Part shown: positions 27,364 through 39,405 of the stretch, one piece after another | How the letters are laid out: every line of letters starts with the position of its first letter | Position numbering within the stretch: the first letter of the stretch is position 1 | Source: Eledone cirrhosa | Taxonomy: Eukaryota | Assembly: GCA_964016885.1 (NCBI GenBank) | Contig: OZ024740.1 | Location: 427,366,001-427,430,000, forward strand | Direction: 5' to 3' | DNA: 64,000 nt | The notes under the pieces: model-generated | Database searches by the model: none | What the model was told of the DNA's origin: nothing | Seen by the model: the letters and a program-made list of their open reading frames with translations, nothing else | Program-made: the position numbers and the translations under genes

Positions 27364-28185
27364 CCACGCAGGGCTCGTATTAAGAAAACATTAAGGAAGG
27401 CACAGGACGGTACAGTGTCAGTTTCTGCGTGCAAAAAGATTTTAATAAAACAAAGGAAGACATGTAAAAATTCAAACAAAATAAATTCCCCAATGCAGCA
27501 CGTGGGCTATATTCTAGGGTCACAGTGGAGAAAGCCCACAAAAAAAGCCAGGGTCACTCTAGCCCTAGGAAAAGTTCCCTCTTCCAATTGTCCTCCTCCA
27601 ATCTACAGGAGTATACTCAGAGCACGTCCATTCACTGTAGCCATGCTCACCTCTTTCATCCACATTTATACAAACTACTTGGAAGGCAGCACTTCCCTAT
27701 CCACCTTGATTTTCCTCTTCAAGTGAAATCTGATAAAGTTAATTAGAGCTCAACCGAAGGGAAAAGCCCTTGATTTCAACTCTTTCAGATCTGTCCACCA
27801 TTTGATCTCTTTCACTATGGCTACCAGGCAGATAAAAACTGCCTGCTCTTCCGGACTAAAAGAAGGCAGCGGGGCACACTTTGCGATGGACTCAGCTGGA
27901 AGCCGGATCTGCCCCGCATGTGGCAGCAGTTGTTCTACAAGTCAGGAATGCCCAGACAATCGATGTGTGCGTGAGGATGTCGTGGCCTTGCGTTCATCTC
28001 TGACAAGCCCGGCTGACGGCACTTCTATTCATGCAGTGCCTATCTCGAATTTGCAATTCTCTCTGGAAGTTATCCATGAGCCCTGAACCGAATGTTCTCC
28101 GGAAAAAATTGGCAGGTTGATTATCGTGGACACCCGGAGTCTTTCTAAAAACGTCGTCCCTTTTACCCTCCACTAACCCTCTATA
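27364..28185 (-). mobile_element. 5'-truncated diverged Tx1 copy
   Basis: Collinear with copy A 4030-4893 (3'UTR and ORF2 C-terminus). Confidence 0.85.
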
Positions 28186-28377
28186 ATAATAATTGTTTCT
28201 ACTTTTGGCACAAGGCCAGCAATTACCAAGTGCATTACTGGTACTTTATTTTATCGAAACCGTAAGGATGAAAGGCAAAGTTAACCTCGGAGGGATTTGA
28301 ACTCAGAATGGCAAGGGCCATAACTTTATGCGCCAAAGCATGGCATCCGACCCTCTTCCAATACTACCAATCCACCT
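28185..28377 (-). mobile_element. SINE family A
   Basis: Same head, central domain and (ATT)n tail as other family A copies. Confidence 0.92.
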
Positions 28378-29199
28378 AGGTTATTTGTCACGTTGTTCTT
28401 TCGAACGTGCGTTGATACAAGTGTCTGTAAGTTCTTTGTTATTTTATTTGTTTTTAAACACTTATATTAATAAAAGTGTGATAAATGTTTGTAAATAAAT
28501 CTTCTACAAAGCGAGTGACCCACATTGTCCGGCTTTTTAAATTAAAACACACCTCTATTTTTTATCAAAGAATCTGCAGGAACACCCTCCTCCCCAACAT
28601 ACCAACATTGCATACACAGGTAAGAATAGCCATAATTGATCGCTCTGTGAAATGAATAACCAAAACGCATTTCTCACTAATAATTATAATTCTGAATACC
28701 TATCTACCTTCATTTCCAACACAGAAAAGTGTAATTAGCGGCAGCAAGAAAAATGTTGCTTAAATTTAGTAAGCAGCGCGAACAATACTTCAACAACAAA
28801 CAGCATTAAAATCAAGATTAACAACCACTACAACTATACAACACAATCGAAAACACCTCCACAAATACCAACACCAGCAGCACCACCGACGACACAACCC
28901 CTGATACTAGTGGGTCAGCTTGTAATTGTGCCTAGACCATTGTCAATGACACTACCGATGAAAACACTACCACTATTATTAACGCTACCACTAACACTAC
29001 TACGACAACGGCGCAAAACAACAAAGAAGCTCTCACTCCACGCTCATATGTTGAAGGGAATTTTAACAAGACCATACAGCCCGTAACCAGAGGGAGTCGA
29101 AATGTGTTTTGAGCTGTGCTACGACAATTTACCCAGGACAGAAATATATTACTAATATATAGGTGCATAGGTCCCAAGTCGGTTAGTCTCCCAGAAAAA

Positions 29200-30345
29200 T
29201 AGGCCGAAAGGAAGCTATCCCTGAAATCTCGAGCAGAGTTGGCAAACGAGTACGGCTCCTCTGTTATATATTTTGACCTGACCATTGTCCCTTTCCCAAA
29301 TTCGCGTCTCACTCCATAGAAGCATCTTTTCTAACATTTGTTTAAGGGTGGGATATGTTCCACTAGTCTTGTGTTCCATCTCCTGCAAGACACTTAGCAT
29401 GGGGCTTGGTATGACATGGCCGCTGATGCACCGACAATCATTGAAGCTGTAGCATTTACAAACGTTTCAAGACGGTGAAAAGCTGTGGTTACCATTCGTC
29501 AGGCCTGCTTTTTCCGCTACTCGGCTTTTTAACTGAGATGGCATCATGGATTAACCAAAGACCGAAACTGGGAGCTTGGTATCTGGAAAATCGTCAGGTG
29601 CTCACATTCTCCCAACTGAAGAGCAGTACAGTCGGTGGAATTTACACGTTAGAGTTCTATGGAGAAATTGTAGTGAGTAAGTGTGACCTTTCTCAAATGG
29701 AACCTGAGTTTCGACCAAAGTGAACTGATTTGTCTGTTCCGGAGGTCATTTTCCCGATGTCTATGATTGAATCCCAGAACTCCTTTCGTTTGATAAGCAG
29801 CACTGCCGTGTAAAATGGGTGTCAGAGATGCATACAGAGGGATTAAACCGACCTGCAGCAACTCGTACAGTGTCTCTGAATTGCTCACTTCTTGATTCTT
29901 GTTGCACAGCTGTTGATTGTACGACAGATCCGGTTATTTTCAGATTCCATTGTAAAGACTGTCACCTTCGTCCCTATGCCTGGTGACTGTGGCAAAATAA
30001 ATTTCATGATGGACAATGCTGAAAGGTTTGAAGACAAACAACTCATCTGTGCTGGAGCCTTCTTTAACTTTTATAAGTTTTACGTGGAAAGGAATAAAAG
30101 AGTAGAGAAGGAAATACTTTCACCATTATGTTTCTGAAAGGCTGGTTGAATGCAGCGAGAATGGCCCGAGAGAACGGGTGTATCCTGAGAATGCCTTTTG
30201 ATTGATATTGGATGAAACTCTATCCTATTAGGAGATTGTTGTTATACATCACATGTTAACATTGATTCACTCCATCTTATTTAAACCGCCATTAACTTTG
30301 GTTATTGTATCGTTGTTAATGTTTTCGGATCAAATGACCAATCAT
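29200..30345 (+). mobile_element. Old degraded Tx1 ORF2 3' fragment
   Basis: aggaagctatccctgaaatctcgagcagagttggcaaac, LTEMASWINQRPKLGAWYLE, FYVERNKRVEKEILSP. Confidence 0.7.
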
Positions 30346-30354
30346 TATTATTTC

Positions 30355-30895
30355 TGGCGCATAGAGTTACGGCCCTTGCCATTCTGAGTTCAAATCCCGC
30401 CGAGGTTAACTTTGCCTTTCATCCTTACGGGGTCGATAAAATAAAGTACCAGTAATACACTGGGTAATTGCTGGCCTTGTGCCTAACGTAGAAACAATTA
30501 TTATTTCTGGTGGAGAGTCGGACGCCATGCTTTGCAGCAAAGAGTTACGGCCCTTTATGGTCTGAGTTCAAATCACGCCAAGTTTAACTTTGCCTTTCAT
30601 CCTTACGGGAGTCGATAAAATAAAGTACCAGTAATACACTGGGATAATTGCTGGCCTTGAACCAAAAGTAGGAAAGATTATTATTTCTTCGATGAGGTCG
30701 GTGGTTTGGTGGGACCGGTAGACGGTCGGAAGCCATGCATTGCAGTATAAAGTTATATCCCTTTAAGGTCTGGGTTCAAATCCCGCTGAGATAAACTTTG
30801 CCTTTCATCATTACGGGGTTGATAAAATAAAGTACCAGTAATGCACTGGGATAATTGCTGGCCTTGTACCAAAAGGAGAAACAATTATTATTTCT
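30355..30895 (+). mobile_element. Three tandem SINE family A copies
   Basis: Each ends in attattatttct and the next starts directly or shortly after it. Confidence 0.92.
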
Positions 30896-31379
30896 TCAGT
30901 AGTTTCATGTGTGTTTCCATCACATCACATGATGTATCTCTATGCTCCTGGGGTGTGTGCACCAACCCTTGGCCTATTATTGAGGCTGTTTCGGGAGTAT
31001 ACACTCCTCCTGATAGTTTTAATGCATCAGTCGTTTTTTGTATTAGATTTCGTGTTATTTTAGTGTTTTGAGAGATCAGAATGGTTTAACCTTCCAACAT
31101 CCAGTCAGGTATTGTTTGAGACTTGCTTATCATTTCATTAAATACTGCTGCTGCTGCTGCTGCTGCTGCTATTTATCAACCAGGACCTGGGAGCCATATT
31201 CTATTATTTACAGGTCTCAATACGTCAGTAATTCCAATACTGAGATCGTGGACCATGTTTCTGGCAATGTCATCCTTTTCCATTTCTCCCTCCTTTTTAT
31301 CAATTGTCCATTTTGAGTGTCTCAATATTTGATGATGTCTTTGCCTTCGTTTATTGTTTTTTTTAAATACGCTTCATTA

Positions 31380-31611
31380 ACAGTGGATTGCCAGTATCGG
31401 TAGACAGTCGGACGCCATGCTTTGCAGCATAGAGTTACGGCCCTTTATGATCTGAGTTCAAATCCCGCCGTGGTTAACTTTGCCTTTCATCCTTATAGGG
31501 TCGATAAAATAAAGTACCAGTCATGTACTGGGGTCGATTTTATCGACTTTCCTTTCCCCAAAAATTGCTGGCCTTGTGTCTATATAAGAAACCATATTTA
31601 TTATTATTATT
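31380..31611 (+). mobile_element. SINE family A, long-tail variant
   Basis: Extra gtcgattttatcgac hairpin before gctggccttgtg; (ATT)n then (GTT)n tail. Confidence 0.88.
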
Positions 31612-32479
31612 GTTGTTTTCGTTGTTGTTGTTTTTGTCGTTGTTTTTGTTTTTGTTGTTGTTGTTATTGTTGTTGAGATTTGCCAATGGAAAAGAGATTT
31701 TTAGTCGCTCGTGTGATTTCAATAAATCATCGGATTACAAGTTAATCTGATCAGATATTTGCAAAAATATGCTAATCGAGGAGTAGGCTTTCTATTAAGG
31801 GCAGTTTTCTAAAAGAAAAATTCACCAATCTATTGTTTTTTTCTTTTAACAGTAACTGGTTTAACGTGGTGACTAAGATAAGTCACTATGTGAAAGTGGA
31901 GAATGCCATGGTAACAGATATTTGTAGTTCCGAATACACAAATGAGAATTTTCAATTTTCTCAGGAAAATATATCTTAGAATTTGCTATAGATAAACATA
32001 GTTAATAAGACTTCCTAGGAAGAAAACAAGAACAAGAAACCTTCGTCTTTTCCTTGTTTTCCAGGAAGATGCACTTTTTGATAAGAATAATTTCCCTCTG
32101 GTTTGCAAGCAGATTGGAGGACAGCAAACTGTTCTCAAAATATACTTTGAAAATTGTCAATAAATCTATTAAAGGCTGTAAGAATATCTACCAATGTTTG
32201 CATAATTTACATCTCACAAACATTACAGCCTGATATCAAGTTGGTAATCAAAGGCGTTTGCTGTGTGTTTGACGCCTGATTTTGTAACACAAAAAGAGTT
32301 TAGCACACTAGAAAACGAACCTGTCCCGATAAAGTCGCTCAACTTTACAGAAACCTGAGAGTGTATTTACAAACTAGTTGACTTAATGTGTGATATTCAT
32401 GAAATTAAACTAATTGGCCTCCAGAATTACCTTCTTCACTGTGATGACCAAAACAATACGATTGCGAATACAACCGGTC

Positions 32480-32725
32480 GAAACATCTTTGGAGTAACGT
32501 TACTCAATAGAACACGTAGCTCGGAGATGAGAGAGTCACTCCAGGTAGAACCACTACTTCTCAGAATTGAGAGACCACAGCTCCGATACTATGGGCATGT
32601 GGTTAGAATGTCTCTGGAAAGAATCGCTGGAAATATTTTAGGGGCAAAACCAATGGGAAGGAGACCCAGGGATAGACGCCGAACAAGATGGTTGGATAAC
32701 ATTCATGAGCTTGGCTGGTCTCGTT
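32480..32725 (+). mobile_element. RTE-clade LINE ORF C-terminal fragment
   Basis: QLRYYGHVVRM...GRRPRDRRRTRWLDNI. Confidence 0.8.
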
Positions 32726-33264
32726 CGTGTGACACGTCTTATCCTAACTCGTTTCCTTAACCGAACCAAACCGAGATCGAGTGTCCGGTGCCTAGACTGG
32801 AGCCCTTTTCTAACGACCCCCATGGAATGTGATCGATAGCCGAAAAGAAAGTTTGCTTGCTATAAAGCATTACTAGATAGTTTGAACGACAATGGCATAA
32901 GAACGAACGACTCTGAATCGACGAGGAGTATCTAATGAAACATGTTTTTAGGTCGTTCAGACTAGGGTTTATTGATAATGTAAAACAAATCTTGGCCTAG
33001 CAGTGCCACAGAGAGATATTCCAAGTTAGGAAAGTGTTCTAAAGAATCGGAAGTGCCAACACTTGATCATAACCCTGATTGGCACACGGGAAGGGCAGCA
33101 AGATGTCTTTTGTCTGATAGCTATAGTAATATAGATACTCTTAAAAATTAAAGAAAGCGGATCTTTTGGAACCAGATGTACTGGTTAATCTATAAATATA
33201 CATGGTTGTATATACAATGGACTTGTAAATTAGGTTAATGGTATTATGTATGCATATATAATAT

Positions 33265-33319
<55 letters not shown>

Positions 33320-33343
33320 GATATATTATATATGCATACATAA

Positions 33344-33396
33344 GAGATTCCTGATGATTTCTAAAGAGTGAAACAGTTCTAGTCCTGTAGAGTCTC
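33344..33396 (+). ncRNA. Type I hammerhead ribozyme motif (family 1)
   Basis: Stem I GAGAUUC/GAGUCUC; CUGAUGA; U-U then UUC-UAAA-GAG; GAAA; stem III CAG/CUG; GUA site (cut after 33389). Confidence 0.75.
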
Positions 33397-33397
33397 A

Positions 33398-33450
<53 letters not shown>

Positions 33451-33599
33451 ATACTTTGGGAGGGTCATGTTGCCAATAAGAAAGAAAACACGCACCAGTT
33501 GCTTTCACTTCAATTTATTATAATAAATTTATAAATTTAGGAATTTATACATTTCCGGTTGGTTGGTTAGTTCCACAACCATATGATTGTTTATATATT

Positions 33600-33642
33600 G
33601 TCAAAGTTCTTTCGTCACACATTATGTGACCTCTTCAGTGAC
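33600..33642 (-). ncRNA. Minimal type I hammerhead ribozyme (left arm)
   Basis: GUCA-CUGAAGA-G-GUCACA(UAAUG)UGUGAC-GAAA-GAAC-UU-UGAC. Confidence 0.7.
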
Positions 33643-34434
33643 TGGGGATTCTTTTCTTTGTTTTTGTGCCTCTCCTTTGTTCTGTCCTACGTCATCTTGT
33701 TTTTGTGTGCGTTGTGTGCTTAGTTTGTGCATGTATTACATCCGGGTGTCTGTGTGTGTTTATATTTTTTATTTATTTGTTTATTTATATGTTACTGGTT
33801 GGTTGTTTGTTCTATGTGCGTGTGTGTTTTCATTTTGTCCTTAATTGTAAGTTGTGATGTTGCTGTTCCATTCATGTTTTCTATTTAATTCTGGTTGGAG
33901 TTCATTTATGTTTATTGCCTTTGTGATTTGTCTATACATTGCGTCTTTTCTGTGTGTAGATTCTATTTTTATTTCTATGTTCTCTAATTTACGCTTATGT
34001 TCTATTTTAGCATGTTGATAGAGTACAGATGAGTATCATCTGTACTCTACCAACATACCAAAATGCTAAAATAGAACATAAGGGTAAATTAGAGAACATT
34101 GAAATAAAAATAGAATCTACACACTGAAAAGACGCAATATTTAGACAAATCACAGAGGCAATAAACATAAATGAACTCCAACCAAAATTAAGTAGAAAAC
34201 ATGAATGGAACAGCAACATCACAACTTACAATTAAGGACAAAATGAAAACACACACGCACATAGAACAAACAACTAACCAGCAACATGTAAATAAACAAA
34301 TAAATAAACAAATATAAACACACGCAGACACCCGGATGTAACACATGCGCAAACTGAGCACACAACACACACACAAACAAGATGGCGTAGGACAGAACAA
34401 ATGAGAGGCACAAAAATAAAGAAAAGAATCCCCA

Positions 34435-34477
34435 GTCACTGAAGAGGTCACATAATGTGTGACGAAAGAACTTTGAC
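34435..34477 (+). ncRNA. Minimal type I hammerhead ribozyme (right arm)
   Basis: Identical to the left-arm motif. Confidence 0.7.
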
Positions 34478-34687
34478 AATATATAAACAATCATATGGTT
34501 GTGGAACTAACCAACCAACCGGAAATTTATAAATTCCTAAATTTATAAATTTATTTTATAATAAATTGAAGTGAATGCAACTGGTGCGTGTGTTTCTTAT
34601 TGGCAACATGACCCTCCCAAAGTATAAGAATATCGGTTTCAACACACGTTTTCAGATAAAGAATCTTGCTAAACAAATTCAGAAACG

Positions 34688-34749
<62 letters not shown>

Positions 34750-35029
34750 TAGAGAGAGAGAGGTGGATGAAGGAAGCATATTCAATGTGTACGTGTAATA
34801 AACATGTATAAGTCGCAGTGTAGTTATTTGAACTTCGATCTCATTACAGCCGCCTCAGTAACTATCTGAGATCCCCAAATATCAGTATTTCAGGATTTTA
34901 TCCATCTTCAGTGACGTTTACTGATTCGGTACCACAATAATGATAACTAATATTTCATTTATCGATTTTACACAATACAATTTTACAGAGAATAATTAGT
35001 CTTTGGAATGCTAATATTGTACGTTTAGC

Positions 35030-35360
35030 AGGAGTAGTAGCATATGTATGATTGATGCTGTCGGCATGAAGGTCCACGTTGTATCGGAAGAAGAGTTTAT
35101 GGGGGACAAAACCGAACCTTACACCACATCAGATTTGATGGCAGAGAGAGCTCCATCAGTACAAGGTTCGATAATTCGATTAAACTAAACGTTACTCACC
35201 CAAGAGACGTTGGACGGGTGGAACACATACCAGACACGGCTCAAACATTTCCTAATATCGAGGGAAACGTCAATGTTTACGTTAAATTTCTCTAGGCCAC
35301 AATCCATGTATGCCAGACACAGGAGAATAGATTCCCAGTAAGTGGAATTATAGCCGATGA
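35030..35360 (-). mobile_element. Degraded CR1/Jockey-like RT fragment
   Basis: gtgtaaggttcggttttgtccccc resembles (Q)GSVLSP, followed by an LHAD remnant. Confidence 0.45.
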
Positions 35361-35397
35361 TATTGATTCTTGCAGTGGTAAATACTTCTTAGATATA

Positions 35398-35577
35398 CTC
35401 CCTAGTCACCACCATAGGCGCTGAGCTGGCCAGCCGCAGGTGTGAGCCTCGCGAGCTGGAATGGCTTTCCAGCGCGTCTCCCTTGCCGTTCTCCGGGGAA
35501 ACGCCTTCTCCATTCTGTCCGCCGAGTCTGTGGGGAGGCCGCCGATATGATTGACTGACTTGTCATTTCATCAGTCA
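35398..35577 (+). mobile_element. CRE-clade LINE 3' end
   Basis: IGAELASRRCEPRELEW/FQRVSLAVLRGNAFSILSA plus 3'UTR hairpin tgactga...tcagtca. Confidence 0.72.
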
Positions 35578-37226
35578 GATGTTTTAAGACATCATTTCTG
35601 AACAGGCTGATACGTATGTATGTATTTATTGAGGGAATCACTCCATAACGACTATTTTGTTGTGCTCAACACCTTATCTTATCAGTCGAAACAGTAAAAC
35701 TATCTAATGCACCATATTGTCTTCATAGACGAAGGCAGGAGAAAGAATAAAGAGCATCATTTGGAGATATGCGTATTTATACCTTAATTTATTGCAGAAC
35801 ATTTGTTTCGACTCTCTTGTATATCCATTACCTGTCATAATATTGCGCAATATTACACTTCAAAATAAACCCGCAAGTCAATACTAGTTCAGCAGGCAGT
35901 GTAACCTCGTCCTCTACTAATTCTACCACCTAATCTAACGTGTATTTTTTCTGTTATTAGTGAGTGACTTGAGGAAAATTTAGTTGGTATTTCTATAAGT
36001 ATTATGAGAATAAATTGTCTTCTCTTGGACGTTTTAATATAACACGTCTTTAATGGCTATTATACAATCGACTTAATTGATCAGAGGAAATCAGTGCTAT
36101 AAAAATATAAACTAAATGCTGGGTGATATTTAACATAAAAAAACAAACATATGTGGATCGAAATCAATACTACACTTCATTTAATCTATATTTGAATCTC
36201 TGATGCTAACTGACTCATTATCATCCAAGCAAATATAAATAATGATTTATTATATTGTCAAGAATCTTTGAGAAATATATTATTCTTATCTGTATATCTC
36301 ATCCTTTAGCATGTCTAAGTGTAGGTTAAGTTTCTATGATTTTATTATTAGCCAAATACTTTGATTCGTACGAATTTCAGGGAGCCTGTTAATCTGAGGT
36401 GTTTGACTTAGAGATATATTATCGAGATATTTTCATAGTATCTTTACAATTTATCTCAAGCAGATATGATAAAGCACGAAAGAACAGACTATAGTGAGTC
36501 TAATTTCCCATTCCCCAAAGTAGTTAATACTTTTGTCAATTAGGCAATGCTGACATCTTAACACTAGGTCATCTCTAGGATTATCGGGAAAAAATCTCCA
36601 GGTCGAAAAAGGTGACAAAATATAACATAACGTCTGATAAGATCAGTTAGGCTGTCATCTCTTGCAGACACACAAACACATACACACAATTATGTGAACA
36701 CACATGCAGTTTTATCAGCATCTCTCGCTTTCGTCGTCCTTTCTTTATTTCTATCTACACATAATAATAATTTAATTTATAATGATGAATTACTAATCTA
36801 TCCCATAATATTTCGCCTCACATTCATTACAAGTAATTTTTTAAATGAATTACAAAAATAAACCTTATTTAGAATAATAAAAATATCAAAAGAATACAAC
36901 AAAGGAGATCTATATATCCGGCATGAGAGGGGGGGGGGGGTTGACAACAACAATAACACAGTGAGACATATGGGGAATAGTTACTTAATATTCAAAAGTT
37001 TACATTAGATATGAATACTGCATGCAATTGGCATTTATCCTCATATGCAGACATACATGGATAAAAGAATATATGTTTAGTTTTAATAATTTGGTTTTGT
37101 GTATGAAGGCAATTTCTGGGTGCACTACCATTAACACACACACACACGCACACGCGCACACGCACATGCACACGCACATGCACACGCACACATACACACA
37201 TATATATATATATATAATATAGAAAT

Positions 37227-37277
37227 GGCTTCAACAGGACTAGAACTGTTTCATTCGGAGGAAATCATCAGGAAATC
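37227..37277 (-). ncRNA. Hammerhead motif, family 1 (GUU site, short stem I)
   Basis: UUUC-CUGAUGA-U-UUC(CUCC)GAA-U-GAAA-CAG(UUCUAGUC)CUG-UU-GAAG. Confidence 0.6.
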
Positions 37278-37344
37278 ATTGAGTACCTTACTTACTGTGG
37301 TTACCCCCGATTGAACCCGGGGGTCAACACACACATATATATAT

Positions 37345-37389
37345 ATATCAGCTGAGGATCCGCTAAGGTGAAACAATTGTTCTCGGTAT
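37345..37389 (+). ncRNA. Minimal type I hammerhead with palindromic stem III
   Basis: AUAUCAG-CUGAGGA-U-CC(GCUAA)GG-U-GAA-ACAAUUGU-U-CU(C)GGUAU. Confidence 0.6.
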
Positions 37390-37626
37390 GGTGAACTAAC
37401 TGTTGTGTAACCAATTCTACCTAACTCGTCCCATGGACTGAGTGCTCTACCACTACGGATATTACCTTCCAGTGTTCTACCACTATATATATATTTCTAA
37501 GTTTATCATGAGTTCAATCGGAGGTAACCACAGTAAGTAAGGTACTCAATACAAAGCAGAGTATAAATATTTAATATAGAAAAGGCTTCTACAAGACTAG
37601 AACTGTTTCATTCGAGAGAAATCATC

Positions 37627-37681
37627 AGGGCTTCCTGACGATTTCTCCTGAATGAAACAGTTCTAGTCCTGTAGAAGCCTT
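37627..37681 (+). ncRNA. Type I hammerhead ribozyme motif (family 1), complete
   Basis: Stem I AGGGCUUC/GAAGCCUU (8 bp); CUGACGA; U-U then UUC-UCCU-GAA; GAAA; CAG/CUG; GUA site (cut after 37673). Confidence 0.8.
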
Positions 37682-37692
37682 TTCTATATTAA

Positions 37693-37754
<62 letters not shown>

Positions 37755-38000
37755 CGACACACGATCGTAAGGTTGTAAGTTCGATTCCCGGCGACGCGTC
37801 ATGTGATTGAGTAAATCACGTCATTTCACGTTGAGCCAGTCCACTCAGCTGGTAAAAATGAGTTGTACTTGTAATTGGAAGGTCCAGCCTTTCCACATTC
37901 TGTGTCAGGCTGAATCTCCCTGAGAACCAAATTGAGGGTACGCGTGTCTGTGGAATGATCCGCCACTTGCACGTTAATTTCACGAGCAGGCTATTTCGGT
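37755..38000 (+). mobile_element. SINE family B variant with a different 3' body
   Basis: B box gttcgattccc, core tttcacgttg..ccagtccactcagctg..aaatgag, then a body unlike that of 19945-20286. Confidence 0.75.
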
Positions 38001-38220
38001 GAACCGCCTACTCGTGAAATTAACGTACAAGGTATATGTATTTCAAATACAACGGAATGTTGGATTCCAAATATTCTTTTAATGTTGCAAAATCATGATA
38101 CGTATTTCTATGGCCACGTTACATCATATGATCATGATGTATGAGCTTGGTGACGTCATCAGCTGTAAATTGCAATGATCTTTTCCAGCCTACATGCTTT
38201 TACTATTATTATTTTATTCA

Positions 38221-38602
38221 GGCCGTGGTTTGGCAGTATCGGTAGAGGGTCGGACGCCATGCTTTGCAGCATGTTTACGGCCCTTTGCGTTCTGAGTTCA
38301 AATCCGCCGGAGTTAACTTTGCCTTTCATCCTTACGAGGTCGATAAAATAAAGTACCAGCGATGCACTGGGGTAATTGCTGGCCTTGTGCCAAAAGTAGA
38401 AACTCTATTAAGGGTGGTGGATTGGCAGTATCGGTAGAGGGTCGGACGCCATGCCTTGCAGCAAAGATTTACGGCCCTTTATGGTCTGAGTTCAAATTCC
38501 GCCGAGGTTAACTTTGCCTTTCATCCTTACGGTGTCGATAAAACAAAGTACCAGTAATACACTGAGATAATGCTGGCCTTGTGCCAAAAGTAGAAACAAT
38601 TA
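38221..38602 (+). mobile_element. SINE family A tandem dimer
   Basis: Two full copies; flanking near-duplication atta(t/c)tttattcaggc. Confidence 0.92.
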
Positions 38603-39239
38603 CTTTATTCAGGCTGGGTTGAGACGGCAATAGACTAATGTTCCAAAATGAAACATAAAAGACTAAAGAGAAATATGAATTATCCTAAATATAGGAATTA
38701 ATCTTGAACACAGGCGCCTCATTAATCATCAATATATATATATAAATATATATGTGTGTGTGTGTGTGTGTGAGTGTCTGCATAAAGATGTGTGTGTATA
38801 TGCGTGTTTCGTAATCATACCTGAAATTAATCACCAGGCAATTATGATGTCTTAGGTGAAGAGTGGAAGAAATGTGTTGAGTTATGAGTTTCAAAAGGCA
38901 GGAAAAAGTTGAAAGGGACTATAATCCCGTAACTTTTCCATCCCTTCTAAAGGATATCGGAAACAGTTTGGTGTGTGTTTTTTTTTTTTGCTTCGAAGAA
39001 GCTAAGGTTCTGAGATTATTAAAAATGAAATTATTTTAATATTTATGAATTATTTTGTGAAATAATTTAGGATTTTGTGATTATATTTCATTGGGTATGT
39101 AGGTTAATCTTTTTAGAGGTATGTACACCCCCTTGTGTACGAGGGGCCTTATGGGTTGTACGCGGTTTAAACGTATGAGTATGTTAATTATAGCTTAGTG
39201 ATTCATATATTGAAAAGGCTGTAATTATTGGATTGCCTT

Positions 39240-39405
39240 GCGTGATGTTTTCTTAGGAAAACACCCCATTTCACGTTCCCCTGGTATACTCAGATGAAAA
39301 TGAGTACCAGCAATAGCGGGGATTTTAGCCCTGCGATAAACTGGAGTCCTCTCCAAGGGAAATCTTTTAATCTCAGTCAGTTAACGCCACGGAAACCGAA
39401 ATAAA
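39240..39405 (+). mobile_element. Old SINE central-domain remnant
   Basis: atttcacgtt..actcagatgaaaatgagtaccagc..ccctgcgat..ggaaaccg. Confidence 0.45.

Larger units (their letters stand above)
33449..34627. mobile_element. Head-to-head inverted pair of Penelope-like element 3' ends (1.18-kb palindrome)
   Basis: Arms are reverse complements around a 3-nt loop (34033-34035); left arm (-) reads SSVLYQHAKIEH...YRQITKAININELQPELNRKHEWN (GIY-YIG C-terminus-like); hammerhead in each arm. Confidence 0.85.
37222..37696. mobile_element. Cluster of short hammerhead-bearing repeats among (TA)n
   Basis: Four CUGANGA...GAAA cores; local palindrome 37565-37696; family 1 tails at 37279-37327 (+) and 37497-37580 (-). 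Confidence 0.78.

Noticed and set aside
34125-34127. In-frame TGA as selenocysteine in the Penelope arm
   Set aside because: The other arm has AGA at this codon and no SECIS was seen; simple mutation
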